The notes below the pieces were generated by a model. That model was not told the DNA's origin. It worked only from the letters and a program-made list of their open reading frames with translations, and made no database searches. Shown piece by piece: positions 33,706-42,968 of a DNA stretch of 64,000 nt. Position 1 is the stretch's first letter; each line of letters starts with the position of its first letter. Both the position numbers and the translations under genes were made by a program. This stretch comes from Candidatus Brocadiia bacterium (GTDB lineage Bacteria; Planctomycetota; Brocadiia; CAIUPP01): contig JBEKCB010000009.1 in NCBI GenBank assembly GCA_050015075.1, positions 39,386 to 103,385 on the forward strand. Direction: 5' to 3'.

Positions 33706-35445
33706 ATGGCGAATTTCTTCACCGACAACGCCGACATCCGCTTCCACTTCGACACGATGGACCTGCGCGAGATCGTCGCGCTCAAGGAAGGCGATTTCAG
33801 CGAGCGGCAGAAATTCCCGTACGCCCCGGCTTCGCACGAGGAAGCCGTGGAAGGCTATCGCCGGATTCTCGAGCTCGTCGGGCAGATCGCCGGCGACGTG
33901 GTGGCCCCGCGCGCGCCCGACGTGGATGCCGAAGGCGCGCAGCTCCATGACGGCGTGGTCACCTACGCGCACGGCACGCGCGAGGCGCTCAAGGCGCTCT
34001 CCGGCGCCGACCTGATGGGCTTCACGCTCCCGCGCCGCTACGGCGGACTCAACCTGCCGACGATCCTCTACACCTCCGCGATCGAGATGGTCTCGCGCGC
34101 CGATGCGGCGCTGATGACGATCTTCGGCCTGCAGGATATCGCCGAGACGATCAACAGCTTCGCCTCCGAGGAGCAGAAGCAGCGCTACCTGCCGAAATTC
34201 TGCAGCGGCGAGGTGACCGGCGCGATGGTGCTGACCGAGCCGGACGCCGGAAGCGACCTGCAGGCGGTGCGCCTGCGCGCGTACCAGGACCCGAGCGGCC
34301 AGTGGCGCCTCAACGGCGTCAAGCGGTTCATCACCAACGGCTGCGGCGACGTGCTGCTCGTGCTCGCGCGCACCGAGGAAGGCACGCGCGACGGCCGCGG
34401 GCTGAGCATGCTGGTCTGCGAGAAAGGCCCGAAGGTGGTCGTCCGGCGGATCGAGAACAAGCTGGGCATCCACGGCTCGCCGACGTGCGAGCTGCACTTC
34501 AAGGACACGCCCGCCGAACTCGTCGGCCAGCGGCGGCGCGGGCTGACGAAGTACGTGATGTCGCTGATGAATGGCGCGCGTATCGGCATCGCCGCGCAGG
34601 GGCTGGGCATCGCCGAGGCGGCCTACCGCGACGCGCTCGCTTACGCCGTCGAGCGCGAGCAGTTCGGCAAGCGCATCGTGGACATGGCGCAGGTCGCCGA
34701 CCTGCTCGTCTCGATGAAAGTCGGCATCGAGAGCGCGCGGTCGCTGCTCTACGAGACCTCGCGCGTGGTGGACCTGGCGCAGGGTTACGAGCGCCTCGCC
34801 GAGACGGCGGACCGCAACGATCCGAAGACGAAGGAGATCAAGGAGAAGAGCGCCCGCTACAACCGGCAGGCGAGCATCCTCACGCCGATGTCGAAGTACT
34901 ACTGCTGCGAGATGTGCCTGAGCGTCACCAGCGCGGCGATCCAGGTCCTCGGCGGCAGCGGCTACATGCGCGACTACAACCTCGAACGCCACTACCGCGA
35001 CGCGCGCATCACCACGATCTATGAGGGCACCTCCGAACTCCAGGCCGTGGCCATCATCGCCGGCCTCAACGGCGACAAGCTCGACGACTGGTTCGCCGGG
35101 CGCGCCGACCGCACCTACGAGGGCGGCACCGCGCTCCTCGCCGCGCTCGCCAGCCAGACGCAGCAGCGGCTGAAGGACGCGATGGGCTTCCTCAAGGCCG
35201 AGGCGAACACCGAGTACACCGACCTGATGGGCAAGCGCCTGAGCGATACCGCCTGCGCCGGCGTCATCGGCCTGCTCCTCCTCGAAGAGGCGCAGCGGTC
35301 GCCGCACAAGCGCATCATCGCCGAGAAGTTCATCCGCGACAGCGCCATCCGCACCGCGGCCAACCACACGGCGATCACCTCCGGCAACGACCTGGTGCTG
35401 CGCGAGTACAAGACCCTGCTCGGGCCGGACCTGCCCAAGGCTTGA
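33706..35445 (+). CDS. Acyl-CoA dehydrogenase (long form with C-terminal helical domain)
   Basis: GAMVLTEPDAGSDL, FITNG, GARIGIAAQGLGIAEAAY, QVLGGSGYMRDYNLERHYRDARITTIYEGTSELQ. Confidence 0.9.
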   Translation: MANFFTDNADIRFHFDTMDLREIVALKEGDFSERQKFPYAPASHEEAVEGYRRILELVGQIAGDVVAPRAPDVDAEGAQLHDGVVTYAHGTREALKALSGADLMGFTLPRRYGGLNLPTILYTSAIEMVSRADAALMTIFGLQDIAETINSFASEEQKQRYLPKFCSGEVTGAMVLTEPDAGSDLQAVRLRAYQDPSGQWRLNGVKRFITNGCGDVLLVLARTEEGTRDGRGLSMLVCEKGPKVVVRRIENKLGIHGSPTCELHFKDTPAELVGQRRRGLTKYVMSLMNGARIGIAAQGLGIAEAAYRDALAYAVEREQFGKRIVDMAQVADLLVSMKVGIESARSLLYETSRVVDLAQGYERLAETADRNDPKTKEIKEKSARYNRQASILTPMSKYYCCEMCLSVTSAAIQVLGGSGYMRDYNLERHYRDARITTIYEGTSELQAVAIIAGLNGDKLDDWFAGRADRTYEGGTALLAALASQTQQRLKDAMGFLKAEANTEYTDLMGKRLSDTACAGVIGLLLLEEAQRSPHKRIIAEKFIRDSAIRTAANHTAITSGNDLVLREYKTLLGPDLPKA

Positions 35446-35588
35446 CGGAAAGCGGGAAATGCACGGCGCAGGTTCCCGGGCTTCGCGCTTCCCGTTTTTC
35501 GCTCGCCCAGGCTGCCCCTTGCTTGCGCCCCTCTTTTGTGCTATGAAACTAGCATGGGGGCGGCAGCGGTTCGATTCGGGAGGCGGTT

Positions 35589-36887
35589 GTGGCGGAGATT
35601 GACCCGTTCCTCAAGATGGGCCGTCAGATTGACGCGTCCGACGTCCACATCGCCGTCGGCTCCCCGCCGATGATCCGCCTGAATGGCGCGCTCCGCAAGG
35701 TGAAGTACCCGGCCTTCACGGCCGACGACACGAAGCGCCTCTTCCACGAGATCCTGACCCCGGAGCAGGTGAAAGAGCTCGACAATGAGTGGGAGCTCGA
35801 CCTGAGCTACGACTCGGGGGAAGCCGGCCGCTGCCGCGCGAACATCTGCGTGCAGAACCGCGGGCTGGACGGCACCTTCCGGCTCATCCCGTCGGTGGTC
35901 AAGGGGCTCGACGACCTCGGCTTCCCGCCGGTCGTCAAGAAGTTGCTGGAGTACCGCCAGGGCATGATCCTCGTCACCGGCAAGGCCGGCTGCGGCAAGA
36001 CCACCACGCTCTCGGCGATGATCAAGCACCTCAACGAGCGCCGCTACGACCACATCATCACCCTCGAAGACCCGATCGAAATCCTCCACCCGATGATCCA
36101 CTGCCAGGTGACGCAGCGCGAGGTCGGCGTCCACACCTCGTCGTTCGGCCGCGCGCTCCGCGCCTGCCTGCGCGAGGACCCGGACATCATCATCGTCGGC
36201 GAAATGCGCGACCTCGAGACGATCTCCAACGCCATCACCGCCGCCGAGACCGGCCACCTGGTGCTTGCCACCCTTCACACGACCAACGCCGCGCGCACCA
36301 TCGGCCGCATCCTGGACGTGTTCCCGCCGAGCCAGCAGGGCCAGATCCGCACGATGCTCGCCGACGCGCTCCGCGGCATCATCTCGCAGCAGCTCGTTCC
36401 GACCTCCGACGGCAAAGGCCGCGTCGTCAGTCTCGAGGTGCTCGTCGTCACGCCGGCCATCTCGAACCTCATCAAGGAAGACCGCACCTTCCAGATCCCC
36501 TCGCTGATGCAGACCGGAGTCAAGCTGGGCATGCAGCTCATGGACGACGGCCTCTACAAGCTCCTGCAGCAGGGCGTCATCACGCCGGAGACCGCGCTCG
36601 AGCGCGCCTACGACCGCAGCAAGTTCACCGACCTGACCAAGACGCGCGAGCGGCAGATCAACTGGGAGGAGTTCATGGCGCTGCCGGACGACAAGGCGAA
36701 GAAGAAACTGCTCATCCAGATGGGCACGGTGCTCATGGACCGGAAGACCAAAGCCGCCCATTCGATCAAGCGGGAGCGCGTGCCGTTCCTCTTCTTCCAG
36801 ACCAAGCACGGCAAGCTCCCCGAAGATGCGATCTGGGCGGAGCTCACGCGGCTTTATCCGGAAGTCGCCTTCTCGGCGGAGGAGTAA
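35589..36887 (+). CDS. pilT: PilT-family type IV pilus retraction ATPase with a C-terminal extension of about 85 aa
   Basis: ASDVHIAVGSPPMIRLNG, Walker A GKAGCGKTTT, REDPDIIIVGEMRDLETI, ETGHLVLATLHT, AISNLIKE, then the unmatched tail TKTRERQINWEEF...AFSAEE. Confidence 0.85.
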   Translation: MAEIDPFLKMGRQIDASDVHIAVGSPPMIRLNGALRKVKYPAFTADDTKRLFHEILTPEQVKELDNEWELDLSYDSGEAGRCRANICVQNRGLDGTFRLIPSVVKGLDDLGFPPVVKKLLEYRQGMILVTGKAGCGKTTTLSAMIKHLNERRYDHIITLEDPIEILHPMIHCQVTQREVGVHTSSFGRALRACLREDPDIIIVGEMRDLETISNAITAAETGHLVLATLHTTNAARTIGRILDVFPPSQQGQIRTMLADALRGIISQQLVPTSDGKGRVVSLEVLVVTPAISNLIKEDRTFQIPSLMQTGVKLGMQLMDDGLYKLLQQGVITPETALERAYDRSKFTDLTKTRERQINWEEFMALPDDKAKKKLLIQMGTVLMDRKTKAAHSIKRERVPFLFFQTKHGKLPEDAIWAELTRLYPEVAFSAEE

Positions 36888-36920
36888 CGTTGAGCGGCGC
36901 CGAGCGTGGAAAGGTAAGTT

Positions 36921-38006
36921 ATGGCCCAGGCCGATGAATGGCTGCTGAAGATGCGCGCGCTCGGCGCCTCGGACCTGCACCTCTTCGCCGGGTCCCCGCC
37001 GAAGCTCCGCATCACCGGCGACCTGCACCCGACGAACGAGGCGATCCTGACCAACGAACGCCTCCGCGAAATTCTCCCGGAGCTTTGCACGCCCCAGCAA
37101 TGGGAGAGTTTCGTCAAGGACAGCGACATGGACTTCGCGTACGCCATTCCCGGGTACGCGCGCTTCCGCACGAATTACCTGATGCAGCAGTTCGGCATCG
37201 GCGCGGTCATGCGCATGATCCCGGACAAGATGCTGACCTTCGAGGAACTCGGCCTGCCCAATACCGTGCTGCAGTTCGTCGAACTCGGGTTCGGCCTCGT
37301 CCTCGTCACCGGGCCGACCGGCTCGGGCAAGACCACCACGCTCGCGAGCATCATCAACTACATCAACGACCATTACCGCCGCCACATCCTCACCATCGAG
37401 GAGCCGATCGAGTTCGTCCACCAGCACAAGCAGTGCCTCATCACGCAGCGCGAGGTCGGCCTGCACACGCACAATTTCGCCGCGGCGCTGCGCTCGGCCA
37501 TGCGCATGGACCCGAACGTGGTCCTCGTCGGTGAAATGCGCGACACGGAAACCATCTCGCTGGCGCTGACCTGCGCCGAGATGGGCATCCTCGTCTTCGG
37601 CACCCTGCATACCAACAGCGCCTCGAAGACCGTGGACCGCATCATTGACGTGTTCCCCGCCGAGGAGCAGGCGCGCATCCGCACCATGCTCGCCGGCTCG
37701 CTGCAGGGCGTCATCGCCCAGCAGTTGCTGCGCACCGCCTCGGGCAAGGGGCGCGTCGCCTCCTTCGAGGTGCTCGTCGCCTCGCCGGCGCTCGGCAACC
37801 TCATCCGCACCGCGCAGACCGCGAAGATTGACTCCATGATCGAAAGCGGCGGCAAGATGGGCATGCAGACCATGGATTCGCACATCCAGAAACTTCTCGA
37901 TGCCGGCACGATCACCGGCGAAGAGGCGTACATGAAGGCCTTCGACAAGAGCAAATTCGAGAAGCACTGGAGCTTCACCGTCGAAGAGGACGAAGAAGCG
38001 AAGTGA
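36921..38006 (+). CDS. pilT: PilT-family type IV pilus retraction ATPase (second paralog)
   Basis: ASDLHLFAGSPPKLRITG, GPTGSGKTTT, RMDPNVVLVGEMRDTETI, EMGILVFGTLHT, ALGNLIR. Confidence 0.9.
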   Translation: MAQADEWLLKMRALGASDLHLFAGSPPKLRITGDLHPTNEAILTNERLREILPELCTPQQWESFVKDSDMDFAYAIPGYARFRTNYLMQQFGIGAVMRMIPDKMLTFEELGLPNTVLQFVELGFGLVLVTGPTGSGKTTTLASIINYINDHYRRHILTIEEPIEFVHQHKQCLITQREVGLHTHNFAAALRSAMRMDPNVVLVGEMRDTETISLALTCAEMGILVFGTLHTNSASKTVDRIIDVFPAEEQARIRTMLAGSLQGVIAQQLLRTASGKGRVASFEVLVASPALGNLIRTAQTAKIDSMIESGGKMGMQTMDSHIQKLLDAGTITGEEAYMKAFDKSKFEKHWSFTVEEDEEAK

Positions 38007-38119
38007 ACTCGAGCGCGGGCACTGCTCCCCGTTCTGCAGTCCCCACTCGACAGTTCGCACTCCTCAGTCCGGACTCCTCACTCCGCGCTTAAGTCGCGAG
38101 GAAGGAAGGAGCGAGCGAC

Positions 38120-38641
38120 ATGGGAGCCGTCGGCTACGTCATCGTCGCGCTGGTCATCACCGTCGTCGTCCTCGTCGCACTCTTCACGGTTTACCGGAGT
38201 CGCGGCCAACGGCCGGACCTCGTCATCCACATCAGCGCGCCGGTCATCAAGCCGGTCAACAACCGCCCGGAGTGGTACCTGGATTTCGTCGCGGAATTCG
38301 CCAACGTCAGCCCGGCCGCGCTCTCAGTCGTCGGCTTGCGCTCGGCCGTCTCCGCCCCGAAGCAGGCCCCGCTCGAGGCCAAGCGCATCCTCGGCGACGA
38401 CGAGAGCCAGCGCCACGCCGTGCACCATCCGCCCGACATCGCCCTGCGCCTGCCCATCGCAGTCGCGCCCGGCCGCCGCGTCAACTACCGCTTCCACATC
38501 TTCTTCTCCGTCCATCTGCGTCGCATGTGGGACAAAGGACTCCTCCACCTTTACGCGACCGCCGACGACGGAGCCGCCTACGAAGCCGTCCGCGTCCTCA
38601 CCGCGCCCGAAGACGAATCCGCCAGACCGCCCGCTGAATAG
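38120..38641 (+). CDS. Hypothetical single-pass membrane protein
   Basis: N-terminal TM helix (VIVALVITVVVLVALFTV), then a soluble domain. [13 protein letters not shown] recognise no family. Confidence 0.55.
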   Translation: MGAVGYVIVALVITVVVLVALFTVYRSRGQRPDLVIHISAPVIKPVNNRPEWYLDFVAEFANVSPAALSVVGLRSAVSAPKQAPLEAKRILGDDESQRHAVHHPPDIALRLPIAVAPGRRVNYRFHIFFSVHLRRMWDKGLLHLYATADDGAAYEAVRVLTAPEDESARPPAE

Positions 38642-38959
38642 CCCCGCCTTTAATCGCAGTTGAACGCTTTCCGAGTACCCCGCATTCTCACACACATCTG
38701 TCTGATCGTTTCAGCCATGCGGCACTGACAACCGGCCCTATCGGCGGACGGTCTCCTTCGCCCAGCGCGTGCCGCGTATGACGCTTTTCTACTATTGATT
38801 GTGGAAAAGGCTGTCTGGAGGCTGCATGACAGGTTGTGAAAAGCTGCAAGAATCGTCCGGGCGGGCACTACATATTGTATATAGGCTCAAATACCACACA
38901 TCGCCTAGGTGTTTTTCCTATGGTAGCTCAGCGTTTTACCTCTAAAAGCCGTTTTTCTC

Positions 38960-38988
38960 TTGACTGTGGGGCTCGATTCCACTATTTT
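38960..38988 (+). promoter_or_regulatory. sigma70-like promoter TTGACT-N17-TATTTT upstream of mraZ (dcw promoter)
   Basis: Hexamers read directly from the sequence. GTGGGG boxes lie inside and downstream of the promoter. Confidence 0.45.
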
Positions 38989-39056
38989 TATGTCATGTGT
39001 CTCTCAGTGGGGGTAAATCCCACAGAGATACGATTTCTTTTTGCGGTGAACGACTC

Positions 39057-39554
39057 ATGTTCGTCGGTAAGTACCCAGTCCGGCTCGACGCCAAGAACCG
39101 GGTCATTGTACCGCAGCGACTGCGCGAGTCACAAATCGAGGGTGGCCCGCTCTGGTCGAAGTTCTATCTGACCCTCGGGACAGAATCCTGCATCGCCGTC
39201 TACACGCCGGAAGGCTGGCAACAGTTAATGCAGGAGATGGGCGCGGCGAAATCGGTGGTGGACGAGTCGGTGAGAATCCTTCAGCGCATGACCGCCGCAA
39301 ACGTGGATATGCGCGAGTGTGACGCGCAAGGACGGGTGGTCCTTTCCGACGAGCTGCGCAGCCACGCGGGAATCACGCGCGACCTGATCTGGATCGGCGC
39401 GGTGTCCCGCGCGGAAATCTGGAACCCGGAACGCTGGGCTGCGTTCAACCGGAAACATATTGCGGAGCTGGGCGAGAAGATGGACATCGTCTCACGAGCC
39501 GGTCTCGCCCTGCCCGAACGAAACGATCCTTTGAGGAGAGGGCCGCAGGGCTGA
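39057..39554 (+). CDS. mraZ: Transcriptional regulator MraZ
   Basis: MFVGKYPVRLDAKNRVIVPQRLRE plus a second SpoVT/AbrB-like half (DAQGRVVLSDELR). The start is internal to ORF 38997..39554. Confidence 0.9.
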   Translation: MFVGKYPVRLDAKNRVIVPQRLRESQIEGGPLWSKFYLTLGTESCIAVYTPEGWQQLMQEMGAAKSVVDESVRILQRMTAANVDMRECDAQGRVVLSDELRSHAGITRDLIWIGAVSRAEIWNPERWAAFNRKHIAELGEKMDIVSRAGLALPERNDPLRRGPQG

Positions 39555-39770
39555 CCCCGGCCTCTTCATCGCCTCCCGCATGGAGGCGCGGACAGAAGCG
39601 CAAATATGAGCAGCACGATTCTCCGTAGTGAGAACAGTGTACGGGCTTGGCACCATCGGCATGGCGGCTTGCCCTGGAGGGGCGGGCGCTTCCGACAACA
39701 TAAAATGTGCGGGAAGATGCAGCCCCCCCTCCTCGGGCATTTCGCCGCCGGCCTGACCGACGAGGACGCG

Positions 39771-40694
39771 ATGACGGAATCCGGGGCGCCGTTGCATGTG
39801 CCGGTGATGCTCGAGGAATCCCTCCGCCTGCTGGATCCAAAACCCGGCGAGACGATCGTGGACGGCACGCTCGGCGCCGGCGGGCATTCCCGCGCGATCC
39901 TGGCGGCGCTCGGCGCCGCGGGCCGGCTGATCGGCGTGGACCGCGATCCGAAGATGGCGCAGATCGCCCGCCAGAAACTGCTCGGCGTCTCCGCCGGCGC
40001 GAAAGTCGAAATCCTCACCGGCCACTTCGGCGACCTGCCGGCCGTTCTGGCGACCATCGGCGTCGAGGCGGCCGACGGCGTGCTGCTCGATCTGGGCGTG
40101 GCCTCGCCGCAACTGGACGATCCGTCGCGCGGGCTGAGCTATCGCGCCGACGGGCCGCTGGACATGCGCCTGACGCCGGACGCCGAGCTTTCGGCCGAGG
40201 AGTGGATCAACCGGGTCCCGCAGGACGAACTGGCGCAGGTGCTGCGCGAGTACGGCGAGGAGCGCTTCTCCGGGCGGATCGCCCGGGCCATCGTCGAGGC
40301 GCGCGCGCGCAAACCGATCCGCCGCACCGGCGAGCTGGCGGAGATCATTGCGCGCTCCGTACCGCGCGGCCCGCGCCGGCTGCACCCGGCGCGCAGGAGT
40401 TTCCAGGCGCTGCGCATCCGCGTCAACGAGGAGATGCAGCAACTCGAACGATTTCTCGCGGCGATCGCCCGGCTGCTGAAGCCGGGCGGGCGCTGCGCGA
40501 TCATCAGCTATCACTCTCTCGAAGACCGTCGCGTGAAGAACGCCTTTCGCGACGGCGCCCGGGAAGGGATTTACGAACTGCTGACCCGCAAGCCGATGCG
40601 GCCGTCATTTGCCGAAGTCTCCGAGAATCCTCGGAGCCGCTCCGCCCGGCTGCGCGCTGTCCGCAGAAACGACGCAGGCGTGAGCCTGAAATGA
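39771..40694 (+). CDS. rsmH: 16S rRNA (cytosine1402-N4)-methyltransferase RsmH
   Basis: HVPVMLEESL, DGTLGAGGHS, LLDLGVASPQLD, ISYHSLEDRRVK. The start is internal to ORF 39606..40694. Confidence 0.9.
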   Translation: MTESGAPLHVPVMLEESLRLLDPKPGETIVDGTLGAGGHSRAILAALGAAGRLIGVDRDPKMAQIARQKLLGVSAGAKVEILTGHFGDLPAVLATIGVEAADGVLLDLGVASPQLDDPSRGLSYRADGPLDMRLTPDAELSAEEWINRVPQDELAQVLREYGEERFSGRIARAIVEARARKPIRRTGELAEIIARSVPRGPRRLHPARRSFQALRIRVNEEMQQLERFLAAIARLLKPGGRCAIISYHSLEDRRVKNAFRDGAREGIYELLTRKPMRPSFAEVSENPRSRSARLRAVRRNDAGVSLK

Positions 40695-40707
40695 GAGGAA
40701 TCGAAAC

Positions 40708-41025
40708 GTGACTCCGGCGCGGTACATCCTGTTGCTGCTGCTCGCCAGTTTCTTCGCCCTCCTGGGCGTGGCGCAGCGCGCGCATGGGGTTCACCTGGGG
40801 CTTCGCGTGGGGTATCTCAAGGCCGAAACGGACCTCCTCGCCGAGAACAACCGCCAACTCCTCTGTGAAATCAGCGCGCTCTCCGATCCGGTGCAGATCG
40901 CCGGCCAGGTCGAGCGTATGAAACTTGCGCTGCTGGACCCGGTTGTGCTGACCAAGGCCGTCGCGGCGGAACGTGACGGCGAAACGGTCGCGCCGGTTCC
41001 GAAGGCCCCGCCGACGCGGCGGTGA
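40708..41025 (+). CDS. ftsL: Cell division protein FtsL-like
   Basis: Small bitopic protein: one TM helix, then a coiled-coil segment, in the conserved position between rsmH and ftsI. GTG start. Confidence 0.7.
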   Translation: MTPARYILLLLLASFFALLGVAQRAHGVHLGLRVGYLKAETDLLAENNRQLLCEISALSDPVQIAGQVERMKLALLDPVVLTKAVAAERDGETVAPVPKAPPTRR

Positions 41026-41078
41026 CCGGCAGCGGCGCAAGTCGCGGACAAGGGATTTCGAGAGGAGAGGTTCAGGCC

Positions 41079-42941
41079 ATGGAGGCGTCCCCGCAGAAGA
41101 ACTTTCGCCTGCGGCTGATCTGCGTCAGTTGCGCCCTCCTTGCCGCCTTCCTCGGACTGGCGGCGCGCCTGGCCTACGTCCAGGCTTACCAGCATCCGAA
41201 GTGGACAGCGCTCGCCGACCGGATGGAAGCCGATTGCGTGACGATCGAGGCGGAGCGCGGGCTGATCCTCAGCCGCGACGGACGCACCCTGGCCGCGAGC
41301 GCGCACGTGCCCTCGATCTACATCAATCCGCGCGCCGTCCCGGCTGAGCGCCGCGACGAGGTCGCCGCCGCGCTCGCGGAAATCCTCAAGGTGGACGCGA
41401 ACGACCTGGCCGACCAGCTCGCCCGCCCGAAGTATTTTGTCTGGGTCAAGCGCAAAGTCTCGCCCTCGGAATCCGAGGCGGTGCTGGCCGCCGAACTGCC
41501 GGGCGTCGGCATCCGCGACGAACCGAACCGCTGCTATCCGAACGGCACGCTGCTCTGCCACGTGCTCGGCGCGGTCGGCGCCGACGGCAACGGGCTCGCC
41601 GGCCTCGAGGCGGAGGACAACGCGGCCCTCTCCGGCGCAGCCGGCTCGGAGTTGGTGTACAAGGACGGACTCGGCCGCACGATGTTCGCCGCGCATCTCT
41701 CGAACGCGCTGGAGATGGTCAGCCCCGAAGAGACCCAGGCCGGCATGATCCGCCCGGCGGTGAACGGGCATTCGCTGATCCTCACAATTGACGCGCGCAT
41801 CCAGGAGATCGTCGAGCAGGAGTTGCGCCAGGCATGCGAGAAATACAGGCCTGAGTCAGGCAGCTCCGTCGTGCTCGATCCATGGACCGGCGACGTGCTC
41901 GCGATGGCCTGCTGGCCGACGTTCGATCCGGCGCATTTCGCCTCGACGCCGCCGGCGATCCAGCAGAATATGGCCGTCTCCGTGGCCATCGAGCCGGGCT
42001 CCACGTTCAAGCCGTTCGTCTGCTCGAAAGCGCTCGAGGCGGGCGTGGTGACGCCCGACACGGTGTTCGACTGCCACCAGGGCGTGTACCGCATCGGCTC
42101 GCGCACGCTGCACGACGCGCACGGCTACGGCCGGCTCAGCGTGCGCGACATCATCGCCTACAGCAGCAACATCGGCATGGCGCAGGTGGGCGAACGCCTC
42201 GGCCCCGAGCGGATGTACGCGGGGCTTTCCCTGTTCGGCTTCGGGCGCAAGACCGGCATCGAGCTGCCCGGCGAATCCGCCGGACTGCTCCATCCGCTCC
42301 GGCAGTGGACGAAGCTGAGCGTCTCCTCGCTCCCGATGGGCCAGGAAGTCGCCGTCAGCGCGCTCCAGTTGACCGCCGGATTCTGCACGTTCGCGAACGG
42401 CGGCTGGTGGGTCCGTCCGCGGATCGTGCTCGGGACGGCCGACAGCCAGGGCCGCAACATGCTTCGGAGCGCCACGCCGCCGGCGTACCATCGCGTGCTC
42501 GACGAGCGCGTCGCGAAGCTGATGTGCGGCGACCTCCTCGCGGCGGTCGTCGAGAGAGGCACGGCGCGCGACTCCGCCATCGCGGGCTACCAGATGTCCG
42601 GCAAGACCGGTACGCCCCAATTGTCGCGGCCGGGCGCGCGCGGATACGAGCCGGGCGCATACGCCTCGGTGTTCGTCGGGATCGTCCCGACGAGCGCGCC
42701 GAGGTTCGTGATCAGCGTCATGATCAAGAAGCCGCAGGCGGCGTATTACGGCGGCGTGGTCGCCGCGCCCGCGGTCGCGCATATGGCCGAACGAATCCTG
42801 AGCATGTTCCAGGTCCCGCGCGAGTCGCCGGATGAGCCGGAAACCAAGGCCGTCGTCACGAAAGCGGCGTTATCGCAGAAATTGAACCATGAGGCTTTCA
42901 CCACGAAGAACGCGAAGGACGTGAAGAAAGAAACGTGGTGA
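41079..42941 (+). CDS. ftsI: Penicillin-binding protein (class B transpeptidase, FtsI/PBP3-like)
   Basis: Dimerisation domain (RGLILSRDGRTLA) and transpeptidase motifs EPGSTFKP, YSSNIG and SGKTGT. The start is internal to ORF 41022..42941. Confidence 0.9.
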   Translation: MEASPQKNFRLRLICVSCALLAAFLGLAARLAYVQAYQHPKWTALADRMEADCVTIEAERGLILSRDGRTLAASAHVPSIYINPRAVPAERRDEVAAALAEILKVDANDLADQLARPKYFVWVKRKVSPSESEAVLAAELPGVGIRDEPNRCYPNGTLLCHVLGAVGADGNGLAGLEAEDNAALSGAAGSELVYKDGLGRTMFAAHLSNALEMVSPEETQAGMIRPAVNGHSLILTIDARIQEIVEQELRQACEKYRPESGSSVVLDPWTGDVLAMACWPTFDPAHFASTPPAIQQNMAVSVAIEPGSTFKPFVCSKALEAGVVTPDTVFDCHQGVYRIGSRTLHDAHGYGRLSVRDIIAYSSNIGMAQVGERLGPERMYAGLSLFGFGRKTGIELPGESAGLLHPLRQWTKLSVSSLPMGQEVAVSALQLTAGFCTFANGGWWVRPRIVLGTADSQGRNMLRSATPPAYHRVLDERVAKLMCGDLLAAVVERGTARDSAIAGYQMSGKTGTPQLSRPGARGYEPGAYASVFVGIVPTSAPRFVISVMIKKPQAAYYGGVVAAPAVAHMAERILSMFQVPRESPDEPETKAVVTKAALSQKLNHEAFTTKNAKDVKKETW

Positions 42942-42968
42942 AAACAAGTCCATGAGAGGAAGTGAAGC

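Noticed and set aside
35446-35520. Intrinsic terminator after the acyl-CoA dehydrogenase gene (…CGGGAA…TTCCCGTTTTT)
   Set aside because: The stem I could pair by hand is only about 6 bp with a long irregular loop. It is plausible but not supportable without folding, so it is not listed as a feature.
35541-38060. 839-aa ORF on the minus strand
   Set aside because: It is antisense to the two pilT paralogs, with the same high-GC antisense artefact.
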